Below are positions 12,782-23,429 of a stretch of DNA of 64,000 bases, piece by piece. The notes beneath the pieces are model-generated. The model saw nothing but the letters and a program-made list of their open reading frames with translations, ran no database searches and was not told the origin of the DNA. Made by a program: the position numbers and the translations under genes. The DNA is from Octopus vulgaris (lineage: Eukaryota), in assembly GCA_951406725.2 (NCBI GenBank), contig OX597833.1:31000001-31064000 (forward strand), written 5' to 3'. Each line of letters begins with the position of its first letter. The stretch's first letter is position 1.

Positions 12782-12942
12782 AGCCCAAGACGGAACAGAT
12801 ATTTTCACGAGGCATTTCCGACGTTGCCAAGTTAATATCTGACCTAAAATTTTCAAATCGTCGCACTCGCTTTGGCTGTTATTTCTAGTGGGTGAATGGC
12901 CTATTATGGCCGTTCCTTTATTGTTGATATATTTTTATATAT

Positions 12943-13270
12943 ATATCAAAATAAGCAACAAGGATATCCTGAGGTAATGCAGTATGATCGTTTCATGCAA
13001 CTCCATTTAATTGAACAACACAATCATTACATTAATTTAAAATGTAGAGCAATATTCAGCTGCACAAAGACATAGAATTTAATCAAATTAGAACAGATGG
13101 ACACATTACTATAATTATACCTAAAATCTCCAAGAAGTTAAGGAGATAGACTAAGAACATGTTGTCTGTACTTCAGCATAGAAGTTATTAAAATTATTAA
13201 GAAGACTCTGCCTGTCACTGATATTTTTGTCTTTATGGGTCAGTTTTAATTTGTAGACTAGTTTATCAAA
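12943..13270 (-). repeat. Diverged inverted copy of about 11115-11440 (pLTR-like), with a decayed HHR at about 12977-13064
   Basis: atcaaaataagcaacaaggatatcc..gcagtatgatcgtttcatg..tagagcaatattcagctgc..agactagtttatcaa is the reverse complement of 11117-11440. The core has mutated to CTGAATA. Confidence 0.85.
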
Positions 13271-13371
13271 TCCTTTGTATATCTAAGGCTGAGAGAACAG
13301 AGGGCAGAATCTGTTTGGGGTAGGGCTGAGGGAGTAGACAGACATTCTGGTAGGTAGAGTCATAAAAAATC

Positions 13372-14258
13372 AATAATAAAATAATAATAATGAAATTATT
13401 GTATACAGTGCTCAGGTGCACCACAACTTGTCAGAAAGTGTATATAAAGTACATGCAGTAATGTAAAAATGTCTGGAAAGCGAACAATGTATGAGTCAGA
13501 TACATGCCTGTGTGTGTATAGAGGGGAGAAAATCAGGTGTAGTGTTGGCGAATCTCAGAAAGCAGGGAAGTTTTGAAGGATGCAGTGCTCCGACAACTAA
13601 CAACTGATGCCGGCAGTTTGTTCCATGCTTCAGCAACTCTCAGCGTGAAAAAAATGTTTCCTGAAGTCATGGGAGCTGTGCTGTTTTCTGACTTTGTAAA
13701 TATGTCCACGGGTGTTAGATGGGTGGAGTTTGAAAAGGTGCTCAGAGTTATTGTTTGTACGATGGTTGATAATTTTATGGGTGTCTGCCAAGTCAGCTGC
13801 CAGACGTCGGAGTTTCAATGTGTCCATGCCAAGGGAAGTAAGGCGTTCTGGATATGGCAAATGCCTGATGGAGGGTATTCTTTTGGTTGCACGTCGCTGA
13901 ACAGCTTCCAGACGATTGATATCCTGGGCAAGATAGGGATTCCAGACCGGTGATGCAAATTCCAGGTGAGGTCTTACCATAGCTATATAAAGCCGCAGAT
14001 AGATAGCCAGAGAGCGGCTCACAAAGGATTTGGTGAGTGATACCAAGACACCCTCAGCCTTCTTGACAATTTTAGCGATGTGTTTTGTCCAACGCAAATC
14101 ACTGTCGACAATAACACCCAGGTCACGTTCACATGAAGACTTTTTGAGACTAGTGTTGTGGAGGGAGTAGGTGGACGCTGGGTTTCTCCTCCCAAAATGC
14201 ATGGTGGTACATTTGTCCACAGCCAGCTTGAGTTGCCAGTCCATGATCCTCTGCTGCA
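13372..14258 (-). mobile_element. CR1-group LINE, 3' fragment with (TTA)n tail
   Basis: ORF 13630-14259: WQLKLAVDKC..ERDLGVIVDSDL..LYIAMVRPHLEFASPVWNPY..LEAVQRRATKRIP..TRGH. Confidence 0.9.
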
Positions 14259-14399
14259 AGCAATATCATGAGGTTTAGTAAGGGAAAACTTAAGATGTTA
14301 GCTGATAATTAAGGGGGTAGCCCACTAGCAGACTATTGATAATGAAACAGGGGAAGTCTTATGTGGTGCTAAAGTTAAATATATTAAACAATGTTGTTA

Positions 14400-16860
14400 T
14401 ATTGTATACAGTTAAAGTTTAGGGTTATTCAAAGGATTATTAAGAAGAATATTATAACAAAAGGATAGAAATTTATGAATACTTTTGAGTATATACCAAA
14501 CTTTTACCACAATAGAGAGAGGAAAAGAAATTATCCAGAAATAGTTTAATATTTATACATATTATATACTTAAATACTAACTCATCAGATGGTATCTGTG
14601 AATATTGATTAATTGGTATATACTGGTATTAATAAACGAGAATTGGGGCAAAGGAACATGCTAATTATATATTAATAATTTTAATCTAAGCAGTATTTTT
14701 TATAAGTAGTGAATATACCAGTATAATTTTATATAAGCTAAGTATGAATTTATAGAGATACAAAAATTAGATTAATTTTATAAATAAATAAAGGCTAATT
14801 ATAAAATAATAAAGAAATAAAATAAAATAATCAAGTAGGGCAGAACACCATAGAAAAGGAAATAAAATGGCTTAATTACTAATACTATGGTAAGGTATAT
14901 GTAGCTTGTTAACACCAATAGAGAAGATTTTTAGAAAAAGTATAATTCAAAATATATTAGACTAAAAATTATATATTTACATCTCGTTCAGAGATTTATT
15001 ATTGCTATATATATTTACTTATTTAGCTAATATCAATAAAAGACAGATGTTTAGTATTGGCTAAAGGAATATTTAAGTTATGGAACAATCATATTTTACA
15101 CTAATCTTTTTTTTAATGTAAGGGTAATATTATAGGTTTAAGAAGTTATTGTTACTCCCTACATGATATTTATAGTTTCTTAGTGGTACTTATTTAGAAG
15201 GGTTATTTATATAAAGGCCCTTATAATTACTAAGATCAGGAGGGTAGAGCCATTTAAGAAAGAGATAAATCAAGTAATTTCTAAATATCATTTCAAACAA
15301 TATTGTCTTATTGTATAAAGTTAAAATTTAGGGTAATCAAGATTATTTAGAATGAAATTTTAACAAAGAAATAGTTTAATATATATTTACTTTCGTTTTT
15401 GGATTTGGTTTGCAAGATTCTTTATATGAGTTTGTGTGTTGAAGCATATTCTGTTGTGTCTGGGGAGAGTCATTTTCTTTTTGTGCCTTATAATGTAACA
15501 CACTCACTGGTAAAATTTCCACTTATTTCTTATTTTTATTCTCCTAAGAGGGAACGCAGTGTAAATAATGGACAGAGTCAAGACTATTGAAAAGGTTGCA
15601 AAATGCAATGAAAATTTTAGGAAAATAAAAATAAGAAATAAGTGGAAATTTTACCGGTGAGTGTGTTACATTATAAGGCACAAAAAGAAAATGACTCTCC
15701 CCAGACACAACAGAATTTATTTACTTATTACTTTTCTAAATATTAACTTATTATATGGTTTCTATGGAGATTGATCAAATGGATTTAACTGGTATTTAAT
15801 AAGGGAGCAACTGAGGTTAAAGAACATGTCAACGATATACTGATTTAATTAAATTGAACTATTTTAAGTTGTACAGATACCAGTATTACCTTATTTATAT
15901 AAACTGAGTATGAATTAATAGGGGTACAAGGATTAGATTTATTTAAGGCTACTATAAAATAACAATAATAAAAATGATCAGTTAGGATAGAGCATCATGG
16001 AAAAGGAATAAAAACAGCCTTATCACTATAAACCATAATAAAATATCTATACCTTATTAACTCCAATAGCAAGTATTTATAGAAAATGTATAATAATTTA
16101 TGAGCTAAAAATTGTTAACTTATTTAGTTTACTATAATCAGGACTAAAATCCGGTATTGGTTGAAAGAATAATTATTGTTAAAAGGACATGCTAATCATA
16201 TACTAATATTAAATTAAGAGGTATAATATAGATTTCAAAAGTTATTTGTGTTAATCCATAAATGATATTACAGTTTCTTAGGGATACTTAATTAGAAGGG
16301 CTGTTTGTATAAAGCCAATATAAATACCAAAATTAAGAGGACAGAACACTTTAAGAAAGGGATAAAAACTTAGTTACTAAAACTATTTCAAAAAACAATG
16401 TCATTATTGTATAAAGTTAAAATTTAAGGTTATCAGGAAGATTAATTATTTAGGTGAGAGAACAAATTTACTATAAATTAGTTAAATTATAATTTAGCCA
16501 GTTTAATTTTAGATTGTGAAGATACCCCTATTGGTTATTATAAGCTAAGTATGGATTTATAGGGCTCCAAAAATTTAGATTTTTTCTGAAGGTAATTATA
16601 AAGTATTCAAATGATCAGGTAGGGTAGAAACACCATAGAAAAGGATATAAAATAGCTTAATCACTTAAATCAATAGAGAAGATTTATAGAAAATATGTAA
16701 TAATTCAAGTATTTAAAATTAAAAATTGTCTATTTATTTAATTAGCTTGTGTCTTTAACCACTGATACATAGTATTAACTAAAAGAAAAATTAATGCTGT
16801 AAGGGCATGCTACCTATGCACTGATTTCCAACTAAGAGGTATATTATAAGTTTTAAAACT
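14400..16860. repeat. Old, diverged AT-rich tandem-like repeat region
   Basis: Recurrent motifs: ..gaacaccatagaaaagga.. (about 14840, 15990, 16625), ttagaagggtt/ct (15195, 16293), ttattgtataaagttaaaattta (15308, 16405), taagctaagtatg (14734, 16541). Confidence 0.6.
15393..15717. mobile_element. 325-bp insertion with about 100-bp inverted arms and a 9-bp TSD (probable Penelope pLTR remnant)
   Basis: 15447-15548 is the reverse complement of 15616-15716; flanked by TATTTACTT at 15384-15392 and 15718-15726. Confidence 0.7.
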
Positions 16861-16879
16861 CAAGATCAATAACGTGCTA

Positions 16880-17530
16880 CTTTCTAAAATATTTGAAGGT
16901 ATGGGTGGTGTCATATAAAACATCTTTTACTCTTAGTGTTGTTGAGAAAAGTTTATATTTTCAAAGTTATTTTGTGATAAAGTAGTCGTATTTCGGTAAT
17001 TTTAATCAATCAGTGACATGTATTCAGCTGAATAAAATTACTGCCATTGTTTGTCAACTATCAGTGGTTTATATTTCGTTTGTCACTGTTATTTATGACA
17101 TCGTTTGTGTGTTTGTACTGGTTTTAGCTTTAGGGTTGGGATTTTAGGGTTAGTTACGGTAAAAGTGGAGGGGAAGGTGGATCAAAAAAGTTTTTCCGAA
17201 AATAGTAGCTGAAAAACAGGAAAAAACAAACAAACTAAAAGCAGTAGAAATGCACGAACGATTGTGGTGGTGCCATGAAGTAAACATGCTTCAGATACAC
17301 TCGTTTATTCATAACAGTGACAAACGAAATATACACCGCCGGAAGTTATTGACAAACAACAGCAGTAATTTTATTCAGCTGAATACACGTCATTGATAGG
17401 TTGAAATTATCGAAATACGACTACTTTAACACTAAATAACTTTGAAATTACAAACCTTTCTCAACAACCCTAAAAGTAAAAGATGTTTTATATGACACAT
17501 TCTACCAGTGTCCGAAGTTTGAAAGTCGTT
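16880..17530. mobile_element. MITE with long (about 200-bp) terminal inverted repeats and a TTAGGG-like central tract
   Basis: tgtcatataaaacatcttttactc..tattcagctgaataaaattactgc (16909-17044) is mirrored at 17362-17498; centre ttagggttgggattttagggttag. Confidence 0.8.
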
Positions 17531-17881
17531 TAGTTACAAAAAATTAATTTCTCGTTCAAAGGGTAAAGATCCCAGATAAAATTATATATATATATAAATT
17601 TTATCTGTTCTAAGAGACAAACTAGTACAAATTTAAGAAAAATTTAAGTATCTATACTTTCTTTTTTAATGTCATGTGTTAATAAAAAGCCTGTCCTCTT
17701 TGTTCGGACTAAAATAATATCAAAATTAATGTAAAAATACAGTTATGTGTATGAAAATAAACCGCAACTATTCACAGTTGCGGATGTAAAATAAATTATT
17801 TGGTATACAAATATTTTGTATATTTCTGTAATGTGGGGCTTAGAAATAACTATTACCGTTCCGTGCTTGTGGTATGGGATG

Positions 17882-17889
17882 TGACGTCA
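17882..17889. promoter_or_regulatory. Perfect CRE (TGACGTCA) about 500 bp upstream of the SLC35C1 ATG
   Basis: Exact palindromic CREB/ATF consensus in a locally CpG-containing stretch upstream of exon 1; function not demonstrated. Confidence 0.3.
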
Positions 17890-18382
17890 ATGGCTTTACA
17901 GCAGTAGCAAAATTGTGATACGTATATCTCGGATGATTTCATATTAAGTTACTTATTAATTTTACACTCCTTATTGTCATTTAAAGTCTCTCACGCACTT
18001 ATATATAATGTTGTCCAGAAATAAAGAATAAAATTTTAACAAGTATAAAAAATACAATATTACAAAAGACAAACCAGTGAACAGATCTATTAAACTGATA
18101 AATACAATTTTATTTATTGATATATTCATCGCACACCATAAAAACATATCTAAGCAGTTCATTACATTAAATTCTTATATCTTCAGTATACATTGTTGTT
18201 AATCACATATAAAAACTAAAGAATATATAAATTTATACATCGACTATTGCAAAAACACCACCTTACTACAGCGACAGAAGTACAGTTGAATTAAGTTACA
18301 ATACACAGACACACCCATATACATGTATATAGCTCTTTAGATTATTTGATTTAGTTTTATATTTGCTGACACACTTTATTAA

Positions 18383-18474
18383 ATGAAGCTCCACGTTTAT
18401 GACAACAAAGATAAGCGAATGGAGTCGTTTTTATATAAGTCGCTGAAAATCGCCTCGGTGGTGGCCTTCTATTG
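18383..18474 (+). CDS. SLC35C1: GDP-fucose transporter, first coding exon (MKLHVYDNKDKRMESFLYKSLKIASVVAFYW)
   Basis: ATG at 18383, open frame to TAT TG|GTAAGT donor at 18475. FLYKSLKIASVVAFYW matches the start of TM1 of SLC35C1 proteins (human FLLRALQIALVVSLYW). Ends in phase 2. Confidence 0.85.
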
Positions 18475-19789
18475 GTAAGTAACGACTAATTATCGCTTTC
18501 TTTTATTCACTTAATCTTTTAACATTAAATTTGGTTATACTTAACTTTAAATTAGTTCAAAATCTCAGCGGTTAACGTTTAAAAACGTTCTCAATTGTAA
18601 TTGATTTTTTTTTCTTTTCTATGATACGTTTGCAAACGGTTTCAAATTTATGAGAGATGGGGTTATTTCAAGATAGAACAACTTTCCTTCGGCTCACGCT
18701 TGTTATTCTATTTTGATTTTTCTAGTATGAATTTTTTCTTTGGTTGATCATTCAATGTTTTCATTTCTGTTGAGATGTAAGTTAGTATTCTACACAAAAC
18801 ACACAAATGATGGAATGGCGGATATAACGAGAAATTATAATTCATGTTAGAAAGTTTTCGATTCGAACTTCGGTTGTTCTGATAGCAACTTAATGCTATT
18901 GAAACGCATCTCTTTCCTCCGCTTTTCTTGTCTATCTCACAAGTGTAAAGCATTACATGTTTGCCGGGTGTATGGGATGTATTGTAATTATGTTACCCAA
19001 ATGAATATGAACTTGCATACATACACATTAACATTTATGTGTCAACAAGGAAAACTCACTAACGTCATAAAGAAAGAGTATGTTGATAATGTAATCCTGA
19101 ATTTGCATTAAAAACGGAAAGGGTCACGGCTGGAACGTATTTGGTCATAGCTCTATTGAATTAAAGTAGACCTGGGACGAAACGAAATAAATATTAAGTT
19201 TCAACTAACAAAACATGCGGTTGAGTGCTCTTTGACAGTATATGCACCTTATAAACGTGTTGTAATATCCATGTCAGCCGCGATGGAGTAAACTTCATTA
19301 AAAGCATTCCAGCTTCGAACTTGGTCGTTTTCTCACATGATATAATTAGGGCAACAATATGCCAACCTCTTTTTCTTTTAATATGGCAAGGTATAGTTTA
19401 AGGGAAGGATGTTCATTGTTTCTGGAGCACTCGTCATGGGTTTTTGTTCAACCAGGGTCGACTCGGAGTTAACAGCAAGGACATAGCCAGATTCTAAAGT
19501 TAAGGGGAGCGAGCACAAGAAAAGGTGCTGTGACACCAAACAATTTACTATACATTTTATAAAATGCGCCAATTTTGAAAAATGTGCACGTGGCTAGCGG
19601 TCGCTCCCCACGATCCCCTATTAGCTGTGTCACTTGTTAACAGCATTTAATGTAGTTTAAGCCCCTACAAGGTATATACACTCACTGTTTACAAACCGAG
19701 GGGGGGGGGCTTCCGTGTGGTCACTCTGCTAGAAATAGCAACCAAACCTTCCTGAAATGCAGCCGATTCCTCTTATCGCATAACTACCC

Positions 19790-21535
19790 ATGTGTATCCC
19801 ACTAACTTTGTCTTATAACTTCCAGAAAAATGGTTTCTTTTTAACGAAAATTTCAATAAATACCGCTTAGATATTGTGGATTCAAAGTATATAGGGATTT
19901 ATGGGACAGAATTTTCCGAGGGGATGGGGAGAAGAGTTTCGGAAAATTTGTTTTCCACCACAGCCTTCGAAATGATAGGGGAGGGGCATCTTTTTATGAA
20001 AAAGGAGTTTTAAAATTTTTTGTACGCCCGCTACCCCCATCCCATTTTGGACTGATTTGGATTTAGTTTTTTTTTCATTCGCAAAATATGCATATTTTAA
20101 AAGGAAGTAAAACCAAAATTTTCTGCGTTTAGTGGAGCGGTGTTAACTTTAAGGCTGTACCCTGTGAAATTTATAGTTTAGCGTCTGTCCTGATCATTGT
20201 AGGTTTCTAAATAAACAGAAATACCTAATAAAATCAACATGTATCATCTTACTGTTTCTTTTTCTCTTCATTGATTTTATGTTTTTATTATTTTAAAAAA
20301 TTTGTTACATTAATATATTTGTCTGCATGTGTTTACTTCATGCGTACTTCAATATTATGTATACCTGCCATGTACATCATTAATATGCGTGTGTGTGTAT
20401 TTCCTAAACTCCGAAGTTGAGTAACGTTTTCATGCTTGGATTTGTAAACTACAATAAGAATAACACTAATTAATAAAGAATTTGTCCCTAGGAAAAGAAT
20501 ATCTGTATCATATGTTTTTGCATGCAGAATTCAAAAATAATGTCAAATTATCTGTATCACCCACAGTTTCTGTTCCACGATATCCCTCTCAGATCAGCTA
20601 TGTGGGCTAAATTTCAGTTAAGCTGTTGAAATGTAAAGCTAACGGTTTAAAAATACTCCTAATTAAAATTTTTTATGAATATAATTAAACCTAGTGAAAT
20701 CATAAATCCAACTGAGTCACTGAGTCCCCAAAACATATGAAATGAAAAATATGTAAAAATACTAACACACAGAAGTACAGAAAAATTAATACAAAACACG
20801 CAGGTGAAATGTTGATTTCACCTTGCATGTTTTGTTTTAGACAACAGTGAACCACAACACATTGTAGTTGGCATGGTAACAAGCTGCTAATGCCACGCTG
20901 TTTGTTGATTGGCTATAATTACCCAAATTTCCCAACTTTAATTCCAAATAACATCAGATTCTTCAATTTACGAGTAATTGGTTGATTGTAATCAAGATTC
21001 AGAGGTGCATCAATACACCAAAATTGAAAGCAAACTTAAAGTGGGCTCATTTTGCAAATGAGAAAGACTACATCTAAATTTTTTTGCACTTCAAAACCAT
21101 GGGAGGAGCCTTTTCAGTAAAAAAAAAATATAAAATCTACCCCCTCGCAGATGGTAGGCTGTGATAAAATAAAAAATTGGAAAAATCTCCATCAAAACTT
21201 ATTTGGTCTTCCCAATCTGAAATTCTGTTTTTTCTAGACTCCTCTCCTCCCCGCTCATCGGAAAAATTTACCCAAATTTCTTTATAATCGTAATCAATGC
21301 CGTTTGAAAGGTATTTGTATAAAATTTCATTAAAAGATATCCATTTTCCTGAAAGTTATGAGGGAAAAAATTTGGATTGTGTGAATTTCCCAAAACTCTT
21401 CGGAAAAATTATTTCCCATAAATCCCTATATACTCTGCATCCACAGCATCTAAGCATTATTTGTTGAAAATTTCGCTAAAAAGTATCCATTTTTCTGGAA
21501 GTTATGAGGCAACAAATTTAGAGGTGGGATACACA
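19790..21535. mobile_element. Non-autonomous TIR DNA transposon (about 140-bp TIRs), probably with a nested insertion
   Basis: gtgtatcccac..ataacttccagaaaaatgg..gtatatagggatttatggga at the left end; reverse complement at 21400-21535. Confidence 0.75.
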
Positions 21536-21956
21536 TCTGTAGTTATGCCCACAACAGATACCTTTAACCAATTTGATTATGCTGGAACTGAGGCTAAATA
21601 ATCTAATGTACAGATTGGCATAATTACAGTATGTTGAGTGAGTCCATTTTTGTTCTCTCTTGTATTGTTTTGGTTTCAGTATCAATCCGAAAAGATTGTT
21701 CAAAGGAGCACATATATATCTACAAAATGTCAGTATGTATTTATGCATGCTCACCAATTTATTCTGATAGAATCGTAATCTACACCATCTGAAAGATATT
21801 TGTTAAAAATTTCATTAAGCAATACCTATTTTTCTGAAAGTTATGAGGAAACCATACCAGCTGCTGACTTTGTTTCTTTGTAACTTTCTGAAAAATGCAT
21901 GTTTTTAATGAAAGTTTCTAAGAGATACATTTTAGATGGTGTAACTTAGGGATATA

Positions 21957-22905
21957 CCATAAATCCTCGAGTATAGTACGCAGGGGATTTTTATGGTGCT
22001 GTACCTCTGTAAAACCTAAACCTTGGGTATAATATGCACCCTTTCTCTAACTTGAGTCAAGTAGGTCTATATAACGTCCTTGGTTTGTAAAAATGTATAC
22101 GGTAATGTCCTTTATTATTGCCTTCTTGCCTTCTTTATCTTTCGCATCTGTTTAATTTCATTTTTATTTCTTCTCCATAACCTGACATTTCTTTCGTCAA
22201 CATCAAATTTTATTCCGGCGGCACTATTACCATGCTCTTCAGCATATGATATAACTTCAAGTTTAAACATAGCTGAATAAGATCTACAAGGCATTTTATG
22301 GGCATGTAATGTATAAAATGTTTTATTGGAGATTAATGTACAGATTTAAGTCCTGCTTATAAAAAACCCTAGTAAAGACCCACCGTAGTTCAAACATTTA
22401 ATACTGGTATTTAATTAAGTATCTATTGTTTGCCATGGTAATGATGCAAACTGCCAATACAGCAGGATGAACTATTTAGCGCTAAACTATTAAGCACAAT
22501 TCCTGTGTAATTAAGCCAGCAGCACCTAGTCAAACAAACACTTCCACGCATGTGTAATACAATAATGGTGATGTTCTTAACTGTTATATGGGAATGTAAA
22601 TATGTTTGCAAATTGTTTTTGTTACATGTTATTCTGTGTTCTGAATACTTTTATTTTAATAAATGTTGCTTACTGCAAATTATGGATGATTCTTTTATGA
22701 CTTCGTTGCTTTCAGACTTAGCTTAAGGTATTTTCGTGCCCGATATCACAAAATGCATCTGAATAAACGTTGCTGGACAGCAAATAGAGACTCGGACATT
22801 GCTTAGAAAATATTTTTCATTTTTAACCTCATATATAGTACGCACTAGGGATTTTAACCTTTAAATTTGGGGTAAAAAATGCGGATTATACTTAAGGATT
22901 TACGG
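21957..22905 (-). mobile_element. pogo/Tc2-like deletion derivative with intact TIRs, TA TSD and an N-terminal DNA-binding domain
   Basis: TA|ccataaatcctcgagtatagtacgca ... tgcggattatacttaaggatttacgg|TA. Minus-strand 22294-22115 encodes MPCRSYSAMFKLEVISYAEEHGNSAAGIKFDVDERNVRLWRRNK (Brinker-type HTH). Confidence 0.85.
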
Positions 22906-23429
22906 TATGGGAATTTATTTTGAAATATTTTCTGAGTGGAAAGGAATTTCAGGTAATCTACATACTTTGATTTGTTTCCTTTCTGAAAATAGACTATTTC
23001 CTAACCCTTTAACATATCTAGCCAAAATATTCTACTTGCTTTACGTTGAAACTGTCCATATCTGGCTTCTCACATCAACCCTTCAATATCAATCCGAAAA
23101 AAGCAGTTACCTGATAAAAATCTCAAAGTTATAGAATTAATTCAAAACCATGTGAAAAGAAAATTGGGAAGAGGCTGAATAATTCACATACCTCATTTTT
23201 GTTTCCTCAAATGTTTTGATGTTCGAATTACCCCCACCCATAGGGTGATGAAGGGGAAAACTGACCCCCCCCCTTCTCAAATCTACAAGTGCTGACTGCC
23301 ATTTCTAGCGTCAGAGGTCACCAGTTATGATTTTTGATAAAATATTTATTTCCATAAACAAAAAGCTAATGTTACTTTGAATGACAAAACATTGATAGAG
23401 TTTGGATATTATTGTTCTTGAGTTGATGT

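Larger units (their letters stand above)
11462..12926 (-). mobile_element. Retrozyme-like / non-autonomous Penelope-type array: about 2.9 near-identical 493-bp units plus a 60-bp inverted segment
   Basis: Units start near 11462, 11954 and 12448. 12869-12928 is the reverse complement of an internal unit segment. Flanked by the direct repeat ATATATTTTTATATAT (11446-11461, 12927-12942). One HHR per unit, no credible ORF. Confidence 0.85.

Noticed and set aside
17128-17155. TTAGGG repeats as an interstitial telomere
   Set aside because: Only a few degenerate units, centred inside a MITE.
20203-20240. tgtag|g TTT CTA AAT AAA (W-F-L-N-K) resembling the missing exon
   Set aside because: Lacks the SISMV residues, diverges immediately, hits a stop, and lies within a DNA transposon; coincidence.
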